The notes under the pieces were generated by a model, which saw only the letters and a list, made by a program, of their open reading frames with translations, was not told the origin of the DNA and did not search any database. From contig WFZK01000002.1 in assembly GCA_015489595.1 (NCBI GenBank), positions 1-51,874 on the forward strand: 51,874 nucleotides of DNA. Reading direction: 5' to 3'. Both the position numbers and the translations under genes were made by a program. Source of the stretch: Candidatus Dojkabacteria bacterium (GTDB lineage Bacteria; Patescibacteriota; Dojkabacteria; GCA-002793355). Below are positions 19,289-27,708 of the stretch, one piece after another. The first letter of the stretch is position 1. Each line of letters opens with the position of its first letter.

Positions 19289-20662
19289 ATGACGAGAATT
19301 TATCAGGCCATGCGAGATTTAATTGGTGGGATTAGCCCGCGAAGGTTTTTCAGATCACTAAAAGGCGCAAATAGAGTTGCGGATCATAGCCTCTGGCTTG
19401 CCTTATTTAAGGCAGGCCTGTTCTGGTATCTTTTAACGTTTGCTTTAATGAATCTGATATTTTACGTTTTAAGCCCCTGGCTTACTCCCACCACAGCAAA
19501 GTTTCTAGTTTTAGCAAGAGATGCCTTAGCTTGGATTATGCTAGTGGGGTTTGGCATTTTGTATGTTTATAAAAATGGTTTAAGATTCCCTACTTTGTTA
19601 TGGGTAATTTTTGGGCTATGGATCTATCTTACTGGATCGCTTTTTTTCTCAGATAGAAGTTTTAGTGCCCTTTTTTATTTCAGGGCTTTTGTGCAGCCGT
19701 GGGCGCTTTTTGTTTTAGGTTATGTTCTTAGCAAGCTTTATGACTTTAATTTGGAACGTTGGCTAATGCTTACTTTTTGGATTATTGTTATCTATGGCTT
19801 GGGTTCTTGGTTGGTATTTGCATTCCCGCATGTTTTTCTAAGCCGTACCCTTTTGGAGCTTTATGGAAAGATTGCAATGAGGCGCTATGATTTAACCTTT
19901 CAAGTGTTTGGAAACGCTATCTCATATGAGCTGCTCGGCTTGGTAGGTTTACCCGTGGTGCGTCTTTATGGTTTGATGTTTGATCCACCTATTAGTGGGG
20001 TTTTTTTAGGCTTGGCTTCTGTTTATCTGTTTTCTAAGCGAAAGATCACAGCGATTCTTTTAGTGCCAGCAATAGTGGCGGGAATATTAACACTCTCAAA
20101 AGGGTTTTTGTTCCTTTACATAGGTACAGTGGCGGGGATGATTGTTTTATGGGGCCTTAACCTGGTACTTAAACCTTCTGTTTTTTATAAAACGGTTTGG
20201 TTAGGAATTTTCGGGGTACTATTGGCAATGGTTTTTATAAGCCTTGCAGCCACCGTTTTAGGGCCGAGTTGGATTACTACGTCAGTTTACAACCATTCAC
20301 TGGGTCTGGTAAATATATGGAAGGTGATTTTGCACAATCCTTTAGGGACTGGATTAGGGACCCAGGGGAACTTTGGTCCTAGGGAGGCTTCTATCAAAGA
20401 GAGTTTTTGGGGAGCTTTTATTGGTCAGTTTGGTTTTATAGGTCTTTTTGGGGTTGGATTTTTACTCTATGGCTTAGTGAAGATTTTCTTGGCTACCTTA
20501 AGAAGATTTGGATTTTCTGCCTTTAGCGCTTTTGCTCTATACATACTGCTAGTGTTTCTATCGGCTTTTTTGAGCGAGTCCTCTCTAGCAATTCGTGGAG
20601 TGGCTCTGTCTTTTTTCATGTATGGAATTCTCTATGCTAAAATCGTAAATAAATTAAGGTAG
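19289..20662 (+). CDS. Wzy-like polymerase / O-antigen ligase-like membrane protein
   Basis: Multi-TM; R.YG...DP, TLSKG, H, P.G.G.G, ES...Q.G..G; start moved from 19097 to avoid overlap with the divergent GT. Confidence 0.75.
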   Translation: MTRIYQAMRDLIGGISPRRFFRSLKGANRVADHSLWLALFKAGLFWYLLTFALMNLIFYVLSPWLTPTTAKFLVLARDALAWIMLVGFGILYVYKNGLRFPTLLWVIFGLWIYLTGSLFFSDRSFSALFYFRAFVQPWALFVLGYVLSKLYDFNLERWLMLTFWIIVIYGLGSWLVFAFPHVFLSRTLLELYGKIAMRRYDLTFQVFGNAISYELLGLVGLPVVRLYGLMFDPPISGVFLGLASVYLFSKRKITAILLVPAIVAGILTLSKGFLFLYIGTVAGMIVLWGLNLVLKPSVFYKTVWLGIFGVLLAMVFISLAATVLGPSWITTSVYNHSLGLVNIWKVILHNPLGTGLGTQGNFGPREASIKESFWGAFIGQFGFIGLFGVGFLLYGLVKIFLATLRRFGFSAFSAFALYILLVFLSAFLSESSLAIRGVALSFFMYGILYAKIVNKLR

Positions 20663-20668
20663 AGGAGT

Positions 20669-21436
20669 ATGTTAAGAAAGCAGAATTTATTAAAACGTGC
20701 TCTTGGCAGTTGGTTATTATTTGTTGCGATTGTAGGGATCTTCGCAATAATAGGTGCAGGATTTGGAGCTGTAGCCTTTAAGCTGCAACGTCCTAGGTCT
20801 ACGGTTACAGCAGTATTTGCTTATTTTCCACCGATTAATTACGGAGCTGATTCCCCGGACTTTAAGGCTCTAGGTTCTCCCTATGTTTCAGCAGCAGTGC
20901 GTGCACTCATACGGGACAGAATAAGCAGCACTCTGTCTGAGGCTGACCCAGATGTTAGGGTTGTTTTTGAAAATTTAGGTTTAAAAGACGACTTCCCTTT
21001 TAGGGTAAAGATTGTCACTGCTGCTCCTGATAAGGCTAAAGAAGAATTAGTAAAAACCGCCGCTGAGTTAGAGAAGGGTAATAGCTATATGGGGGCTCTA
21101 TCATCTTCGTATAAGAATGTTTTAGATAAGTGGCTCACCACTTATAAGAGTTATAGGGAGAAAGTTAACAAGAATTTTGGGGCAAAGAGTGTAGACTCTT
21201 TGCGCCTGTCTTTGTATCTTAACGAAAAGATATCTGCAATTGAGACTTTAAGAAGACTGCCTGTGGGGGTAAAGATGATAACTGGACCTAAGGTTTCTAA
21301 ACCCGTGTTGCCGGTTCTGCCTCTTTATTTGCTAATTGGTGCTGTAGTTGGAGCGAGTATAGGGGTAGGTTTTACATTCGTAGCATTCGCTTTAAGCCCT
21401 AAGGGAGCGGTCCGAGCCCGTGGGAAGTTAATTTAG
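20669..21436 (+). CDS. Wzz-like chain-length determinant/polysaccharide co-polymerase
   Basis: N- and C-terminal TM, coiled central region, Pro-rich segment before Gly-rich TM2; follows wzy-like gene. Confidence 0.6.
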   Translation: MLRKQNLLKRALGSWLLFVAIVGIFAIIGAGFGAVAFKLQRPRSTVTAVFAYFPPINYGADSPDFKALGSPYVSAAVRALIRDRISSTLSEADPDVRVVFENLGLKDDFPFRVKIVTAAPDKAKEELVKTAAELEKGNSYMGALSSSYKNVLDKWLTTYKSYREKVNKNFGAKSVDSLRLSLYLNEKISAIETLRRLPVGVKMITGPKVSKPVLPVLPLYLLIGAVVGASIGVGFTFVAFALSPKGAVRARGKLI

Positions 21437-21437
21437 G

Positions 21438-21488
21438 GGGCTTAGGGGGGCAAAAATCTACCTTTCTCGATTTTTGCCCCCTAAGCCC
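21438..21488. repeat. Dispersed palindrome family copy 5
   Basis: Arms GGGCTTAGGGGGGCAAAAATC / GATTTTTGCCCCCTAAGCCC (one bulge); between convergent stops. Confidence 0.92.
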
Positions 21489-21960
21489 TTACCCAGGAGT
21501 CAAGGTATTTTATAAGCTTTGCTTTAGAATTCGACGGCTTTATGGGCTTAGGGCGCCTGCGTATAAGTTCTACCAGATCTTTGAACGTATAAGCCACCGG
21601 AAAATAAGGATTGTCGTTTTTAAGCGCGGACACTAACTCTAGTTGTTGATCATCTAGGTGCTCTTTTAGTTTCGCTTTCCTGGGAACTACTATAAGCGGT
21701 TTGTTTAGAGTGACCACGTCTAGTATGGTACCTACTCCTGCGTGAGCTATTATTAGGGAAGCTTTTTTTATTGTGTTTTTATAATCGCTGTAGCTTAGAT
21801 AGTCTACTGATTGAATTTTTGAGCTTTTAAATTTATATGATGTAGAGCCGGTCTGAACCAAAACTGCCTGCGCTGTGATTTTTAGCTTAATAAGCTTATC
21901 TATATATCGACACAACCTGTAGAAGGGGAATTTTTCAGTGCCTAAGGTTACAAATATCAT
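21481..21960 (-). CDS. PssE/Cps14G (Alg13-like) glycosyltransferase subunit
   Basis: MIFVTLGT..PF.RL, HAG.GT, VPR....EH.DDQQ. Confidence 0.92.
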   Translation of the reverse strand: MIFVTLGTEKFPFYRLCRYIDKLIKLKITAQAVLVQTGSTSYKFKSSKIQSVDYLSYSDYKNTIKKASLIIAHAGVGTILDVVTLNKPLIVVPRKAKLKEHLDDQQLELVSALKNDNPYFPVAYTFKDLVELIRRRPKPIKPSNSKAKLIKYLDSWVRA

Positions 21961-22466
21961 AAGACTTTTCCAATGTATTTAGCTCTTTTGTATCGTTTAG
22001 CAAGACTTGGCCATTGGACTAGGAATTTGTCTGCAACATAGTAATTTAGCCAGCCACTGAAGGAGAGATTCTTGCTTCGTGTTAGAGACTCTATAAATAT
22101 GCTCCTTATTCTGCCTAGATACAATATTTTGGCCGTCCATATGGCACTTACTCCAGGAGCAGCGCCTGTTGAGATAACGTGGGTGAAGTTAAATTTAAGC
22201 ATAGAGTACCACAGGATTGGGACGTTTATAAAACTGTTGATGGCATTTTTCATATCTTTTATAGATCTAACATTTGTTGGGTGCTTAAGCCAAACTACTT
22301 TTTCGTTTTTTAAAAGGTCTAGAGTCTGGGGGGTTTTATACGTTGCCCATATGCGGGGGTATTTCGACCAAAATTTTTTAAGAGCAAACAGTTCAATAAT
22401 ATGTCCACCTGAGGAAGCAGCAAGAAGAAGCCGAGGGGTTTTAGATGTGTGCTTTTTAGTAAGCAT
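21957..22466 (-). CDS. PssD/Cps14F (Alg14-like) glycosyltransferase subunit
   Basis: SSGGH..E, ISTGA, FIES, FLVQW, Y.G motifs. Confidence 0.92.
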   Translation of the reverse strand: MLTKKHTSKTPRLLLAASSGGHIIELFALKKFWSKYPRIWATYKTPQTLDLLKNEKVVWLKHPTNVRSIKDMKNAINSFINVPILWYSMLKFNFTHVISTGAAPGVSAIWTAKILYLGRIRSIFIESLTRSKNLSFSGWLNYYVADKFLVQWPSLAKRYKRAKYIGKVL

Positions 22467-22559
22467 TTGGAGATTTTAGCAAGAGGAGAACAGCGAGGCA
22501 AAAATGGTGGGGGCTGGGAACCTTAGGATCTGTCTTCTATCGCTGTTGTGGTAAGGCTT

Positions 22560-23252
22560 TTATTTCTTTAGCACGCCTTTTAGGTACTTTTTGAGCTTCT
22601 TTTTTGCCTGATCCGAGTGGGGTTTTCCTATAAATACTGAGGTTGCATCTTTGCCACAGTGGGGAACAATGGCATCTTTACCTCCGGAGTGGCTACTGAG
22701 GAGTTCGGTCACGTCATAGACTTTATTCTCTATGATTATCCAGCAGTCTCTTTCGCTATTATGGGTTGCTACCTCATCCCTTGTATATTCTGGAAGCTCC
22801 TTGTGATTGTTTAAGGTTTTTACATATTCAAGTACTTCGGCTGCATGCCCTTGGGGCTTTACACTATGCCAGGATTTAATCATATCAAGCTCAGGGAGCT
22901 TTAGGAGAAAACTGCTTCGGTCTACTGTAAGGTAGGTTCTGCCCCCTACTGTCTTCTTTTTTAGTACATTGAAGGCTTTCAGGAGTTTAGCCTCAGGGTC
23001 GGACAGTAAGTGTATTGTAAGATTATGTTTCTCTATGAATTTTTTGTGTGATTCTTCAGAATTCTTCGAGACCCCTATGAGAAGTGTATCTAGTTTTTCA
23101 AATTGTTCCTTAAGCTGTGAAAATTCTTTAGCTTCAGTTGTGCACCCTGGAGTGTTGTCGCGAGGGTAAAAGTAAACCAGGATGTATTTATACCCTTTAG
23201 TATTTATGTTGCTTTGCCTGAGAAATTCTTTTAGGAGTTCGGTGTGAGACAT
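22560..23252 (-). CDS. bcp: Peroxiredoxin Bcp/PrxQ fused to cytochrome b5-like heme domain
   Basis: YFYPRDNTPGCTTEA; C-terminal EVATHN...DCWIII..KVYDVT...HSGG...GKDAT..F...HS. Confidence 0.9.
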   Translation of the reverse strand: MSHTELLKEFLRQSNINTKGYKYILVYFYPRDNTPGCTTEAKEFSQLKEQFEKLDTLLIGVSKNSEESHKKFIEKHNLTIHLLSDPEAKLLKAFNVLKKKTVGGRTYLTVDRSSFLLKLPELDMIKSWHSVKPQGHAAEVLEYVKTLNNHKELPEYTRDEVATHNSERDCWIIIENKVYDVTELLSSHSGGKDAIVPHCGKDATSVFIGKPHSDQAKKKLKKYLKGVLKK

Positions 23253-23391
23253 GTAAAGATTATACAGGGACGGTTGAGATTTTCCAATCCTAAATGGATG
23301 GTTTTTGTAGGGGGGGTATTCAATGGGATAAGGGAGGCGCAGTTTAAATAGGGCGTGGGCAGCTTTCTGTATAGATGGAGATATCTATGTA

Positions 23392-23442
23392 AGGGGTGCG
23401 GGGGAGAATTTGTTAAGTTTCAAATTCTCCCCCGCACCCCCT
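23392..23442. repeat. Dispersed palindrome family copy 6
   Basis: Perfect 21-bp arms AGGGGTGCGGGGGAGAATTTG, 9-nt loop; between divergent genes. Confidence 0.93.
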
Positions 23443-23498
23443 ATTTGCATTTAAGAATTTCTTCTGATATACTACCTAAGCTTTTAAGAATTTGGCTC

Positions 23499-24368
23499 AT
23501 GAGTAGATCCAAAAATTCACAAACCCAGGCTGATTACATCGAAATAACAATTAGTCCGTGGGTAGCTTTTTCGGTAGTGGCTATTGTTGCCATTATTGTT
23601 TTTGGGGCGGTTTATATCTTTACTCATAAAGGTGGTAGCCAAAACCAGAATGGTGGATCTCAGGCCCAGGCTCAGCAAGCACAGAATAAAATAGTATTTC
23701 CTGCTAAGGTTGAGAATTCCCCTGTCTTGGGTAAGGATTCTGCACCTATTACGATTTTTGAGTTCAGTGATCTGGAGTGTCCATTTTGTAGAGCTTTCTA
23801 TTATGGAATGCCAAGCCGAGGAATAAAAGGAGCGTGGTCAGAGATAGAGAAGCTCATCAAAGAGGGTAAGGTTCGATATGTTCACAAGAATTTTGTTGCT
23901 GTGCCTAGCCATAATCCAGCTGCTAAGCTAGAAGCAAAGGCCACTTATTGTGTTTATAAACTTGGAGGGACTGATAGGTATTATGAGTATATTCATAAGG
24001 TGTTTGAAAAAGCTGGCAGGGTCGGAGCTGGGTACAATGGAGCGTATCAGTCAGGTGGAGAAGGGAAGCTTAAAGAGGAGTTGGCTAAATTGGCATCAAG
24101 TATGAAGATTGATAAGGATAAATTCTTAGCATGTATTAATTCTGCCGAGTCTGAAAAACTCTACAAGCAGGATGAGAAGTACATACAAAATGTCATTGGT
24201 CCCAAGGCCTCGCAGTATATGCAACAGGGCAAACTTGATGGTTTGGGCACTCCAATGTTTATAATCTGCAAGACTCCAAAAGATAATAATACCGAATGTC
24301 AGGGGGAGGTCTTGATGGGGGCTTATCCTTTTAGCTACTTTGAGAGAATTATCAATAAATTAAAATAA
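23499..24368 (+). CDS. Membrane-anchored DsbA-family thiol-disulfide oxidoreductase
   Basis: TM anchor, AP.TI.EFSDLECPFC, GTP cis-Pro loop, GAYP; start at ATG 23499. Confidence 0.9.
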   Translation: MSRSKNSQTQADYIEITISPWVAFSVVAIVAIIVFGAVYIFTHKGGSQNQNGGSQAQAQQAQNKIVFPAKVENSPVLGKDSAPITIFEFSDLECPFCRAFYYGMPSRGIKGAWSEIEKLIKEGKVRYVHKNFVAVPSHNPAAKLEAKATYCVYKLGGTDRYYEYIHKVFEKAGRVGAGYNGAYQSGGEGKLKEELAKLASSMKIDKDKFLACINSAESEKLYKQDEKYIQNVIGPKASQYMQQGKLDGLGTPMFIICKTPKDNNTECQGEVLMGAYPFSYFERIINKLK

Positions 24369-24379
24369 GCAAATTTATT

Positions 24380-27300
24380 ATGGCGAAAGTAAGGCAGAGG
24401 ATTGACCTGTCTTTGAACAAGTTCATGTTAGATTTTCCGGGATTTTATGAGGCGCATTTTAGATCTTATGATCGCTTCCTAAAAGAGGGAATTCGAAACG
24501 CCCTAGAGAGTGTAAACCCTATCACAGACACTTTAGAGAAGATGTGGAAGTTGGAGTTTATAGATTACTATTTTAAAGATCCTCCTTATACGCTTGAGGA
24601 GTGCATGGATTACGATCTAACCTATGCTCGGCCAATGTTTGTTAAGGTTAAGCTTACTAGTTTGAAAACAGGTAAAACTCAAACTCAAGATGTTTACTTT
24701 GCGGATATCCCTATCCTTACCGAAGGAGGGTATTTCATAATAAATGGTGTGGTCAGGATGGTAAGGCTTCAGATTATAAGGTCTGAGGGTGTAATCTTTG
24801 AGGAAGCAAAAAATGTTAGCCCCAACGCAATAAATAGGTATGTAGCCAGGCTTATCCCCCAAAGAGGGGGATGGTATATGTTTGATATAAGTAAGAAGGG
24901 GGTAATTACCGTGGCTTTAATCAGGCAAAGAGTTAAGGTTTTGTTTACCACTCTACTTAAAGCTCTAAAGGGCTATACGGATTCAGAGATTTTGGCAATG
25001 TTTAAAGATGTTGATAAGAAGCATGGTTATATCAAAGCGACTCTAGAGCACGATAAAACCAGGAGTAAAGAGGAGGCTATTATGGCTATTTATTCTAAAC
25101 TTAGGCCAAATGAGCAGGTTACGCTGGATAGGGCCAATAGGTACATTCGCGGCTTCTTCTTTAATAGTAGGAGGTTTTTTCTTGGTGAAGTGGGTAGGTA
25201 TCAGATAAATCAAAAGCTCGGGCTATCATTTAAGGATCCTAAGATTCATGTAAAGGATCTGGTTGAGATCGTAAGGTATCTGATACGTGTGAATAATAGA
25301 GAAGCAACTCCAGATGATATAGACAGTTTAATGAATCGACGTGTTCGTACTGTGGGAGAGATTCTGGAGGAAGTTATGGAAGAGGCTATGCTTAGATTTG
25401 AAAGACATGTTAAAGATAGAATGAGTAGACTTGGGGCAGATGTTGATGTAAAACCTGCGGTTTTCGTACATACTAAAGTTGTATCTGCTCACTTGGCATC
25501 ATTTTTAGGGTTAAGTCCGCTCTCTAAGTTTATGGAGCAGCAGAATATCTTTGGTCATATTGAAGAGCTAAGAAGGATCACAGCGAAGGGTCCTGGTGGG
25601 CTCACTGGTAAGAATGCTACTATCAGTGTAAGAGACCTTCATGTGTCTCACTATTCAAGGCTTTGTCCTGTCACTACTCCAGAGGGATTAAACGCAGGCC
25701 TTATTAATCACCTGGCTATCTTTGCTCGTGTCAATAAGTATGGGTTTATTGAAGCCCCCTATCGAAGGGTTAAAAATACAGTAAAGAACAAGGCTAAAGA
25801 TCTAGAAAATAGGATCCTTAGGGAGGATCTGAAGGTAGGGGGTAGAACAATCAAAAAGGGGACATTTATCGATAAGAGTTTGGCTTCTAAGATCGCAAAG
25901 GAGATAAAGAAGGAAGAGATCAAGGTTTATCCGTATTTGACCGATAAGATCGACTACCTGAGTTATCATCAGGAAAGGCAGCACTATATTGGTCTATCTA
26001 CCTATGCGCATGATGAATACGGGAACTTTTTGCCAGGTGTAGTTTATTTAAGACATGACGGTGACTTCGTGTTTACACCTATAGATAATATGGACTACGT
26101 TGATGTAAGAGGTTGGCAGATAGGTAGTCTAGGGCTTACGCTTATTCCGTTTGCAGATAGAACTTATGCTTACCGCGCTATGATGGCTTCAAACATGCAG
26201 AGGCAAGCTGTGCCTTTGGTGTTTCCTAAGGCCCGCCGTGTAGGTACAGGTATAGAAAAGCTCGTAGCAGAGCATAGCGGTAAGATGGTTTATGCAGAGG
26301 CAGATGGCGTGGTTGAGTACGCAGATGCAAATTATGTGATTGTTAAGTATAAAAATGGCAAGCGCAAAGAGTACAAGGTAGAGAACTTTGTAAGAACCAA
26401 TGACAACACAGTAAGCACCCAGATAGTAAGGGTTATGCCAGGAGATAAGGTTAAGAAGGGGGACGTACTTATCGATGGTCCAAGTATGGATCATGGTGAG
26501 CTAGCTTTAGGTAAAGACGTGCTTGTGGCTGTGATGCCTTATGAAGGTCTAAACTATGAAGATGGTTTGGTTATTTCCGAGAGACTTCTAAAGGAAGATA
26601 CTTTTACCAGTTTACATATTAAGCTATATACCCAAGACTTAAGGGAGACTCAAACAGGCCCTGAGTTGTTAACTCCTGATATCCCGAATGTAAACTATAA
26701 GCTTTTGCGAAATCTTACCGAAGAAGGCGTAGTCAGAGTAGGTAGCATTGTAGAGGGCGGAGATATTCTTGCTGGTATTGTCTCTCAGAAGGCTGAGAAA
26801 CAGCTATCCCCAGAGGAAGTACTCTTAAGAGCTGTATTCGGAGAAGCAGCAAAAGAGGTTAAGAATAACTCACTTAGAATGCCACATGGTTCCCGTGGAG
26901 TTGTGATTAAGACTCAGGTTTTGTCTCGTGAGGATGGGGTATCTTTGCCTGCTGGAGTTTTAAAGAGGGTGAAGGTGTGGGTGGCTGAGCTAAAGAGAGT
27001 GTCCTACGGTGACAAGTTTTCAGGGTATTATGGAGACAAGGGTACAGTCTCAAGAATTTTGCCAGAAGAAGACATGCCCTTTTTGCCAGATGGAACTCCA
27101 GTGGATATGATAGTTACACCTCTTATTGCTAAGCGAATGAACCTGGGTATTCTCTACGAGATTATGCATGCTACTTTAGCTAAAGAATTAGATGTCTATC
27201 TTAGTATTCCTAATTTCGAGCCGTACGATCAAAAGTGGATAGAAGATAATATGAAGAAGGTAGGGATTGGAAAGTTTAAGAAGCAGGTGCTTTATGATGG

Positions 27301-27688
27301 TAAGACGGGACGCAAGTTAGATAATGTAGTTACCGTAGGATGGAAGAACTTTATGAGGCTTAAGCACATAGCTTCCGATAAGATGCATGCAAGGTCGACA
27401 GGTCCGTACTCTGTTGTTACTCAACAACCAGTAGGTGGTAAATCTCATATGGGTGGTCAGAGATTCGGTGAGATGGAAGTGTGGGTACTTGAAGCTCACG
27501 CAGCTGCTTATACGTTGCAAGAGATGCTTACAATTAAATCTGACGATGTGAGGGGCAGAACTGCTGCTTATAAGGCTATCTTGCAAGGTGAGAAGATTAA
27601 GATGGAGAACGTTCCTGAAACATTTAATGTTCTGCTCAGAGAGCTTAACTCGTTAGGCGTTAAAGTAGAAGTTGAATTAAAGAAATAA
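24380..27688 (+). CDS. rpoB: RNA polymerase beta subunit
   Basis: GYFIING, GPGGL, TPEG, NMQRQAVP, GDK...KG, HARSTGPYS, GGQRFGEME. Confidence 0.99.
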   Translation: MAKVRQRIDLSLNKFMLDFPGFYEAHFRSYDRFLKEGIRNALESVNPITDTLEKMWKLEFIDYYFKDPPYTLEECMDYDLTYARPMFVKVKLTSLKTGKTQTQDVYFADIPILTEGGYFIINGVVRMVRLQIIRSEGVIFEEAKNVSPNAINRYVARLIPQRGGWYMFDISKKGVITVALIRQRVKVLFTTLLKALKGYTDSEILAMFKDVDKKHGYIKATLEHDKTRSKEEAIMAIYSKLRPNEQVTLDRANRYIRGFFFNSRRFFLGEVGRYQINQKLGLSFKDPKIHVKDLVEIVRYLIRVNNREATPDDIDSLMNRRVRTVGEILEEVMEEAMLRFERHVKDRMSRLGADVDVKPAVFVHTKVVSAHLASFLGLSPLSKFMEQQNIFGHIEELRRITAKGPGGLTGKNATISVRDLHVSHYSRLCPVTTPEGLNAGLINHLAIFARVNKYGFIEAPYRRVKNTVKNKAKDLENRILREDLKVGGRTIKKGTFIDKSLASKIAKEIKKEEIKVYPYLTDKIDYLSYHQERQHYIGLSTYAHDEYGNFLPGVVYLRHDGDFVFTPIDNMDYVDVRGWQIGSLGLTLIPFADRTYAYRAMMASNMQRQAVPLVFPKARRVGTGIEKLVAEHSGKMVYAEADGVVEYADANYVIVKYKNGKRKEYKVENFVRTNDNTVSTQIVRVMPGDKVKKGDVLIDGPSMDHGELALGKDVLVAVMPYEGLNYEDGLVISERLLKEDTFTSLHIKLYTQDLRETQTGPELLTPDIPNVNYKLLRNLTEEGVVRVGSIVEGGDILAGIVSQKAEKQLSPEEVLLRAVFGEAAKEVKNNSLRMPHGSRGVVIKTQVLSREDGVSLPAGVLKRVKVWVAELKRVSYGDKFSGYYGDKGTVSRILPEEDMPFLPDGTPVDMIVTPLIAKRMNLGILYEIMHATLAKELDVYLSIPNFEPYDQKWIEDNMKKVGIGKFKKQVLYDGKTGRKLDNVVTVGWKNFMRLKHIASDKMHARSTGPYSVVTQQPVGGKSHMGGQRFGEMEVWVLEAHAAAYTLQEMLTIKSDDVRGRTAAYKAILQGEKIKMENVPETFNVLLRELNSLGVKVEVELKK

Positions 27689-27708
27689 GATTATAAGGTT
27701 AAGAACCT

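Noticed and set aside
23355-23498. N-terminal extension of dsbA with CKGC; likewise extensions at 19097, 36812 and 39538
   Set aside because: These run through palindromes or overlap neighbouring genes; downstream ATGs fit family lengths.
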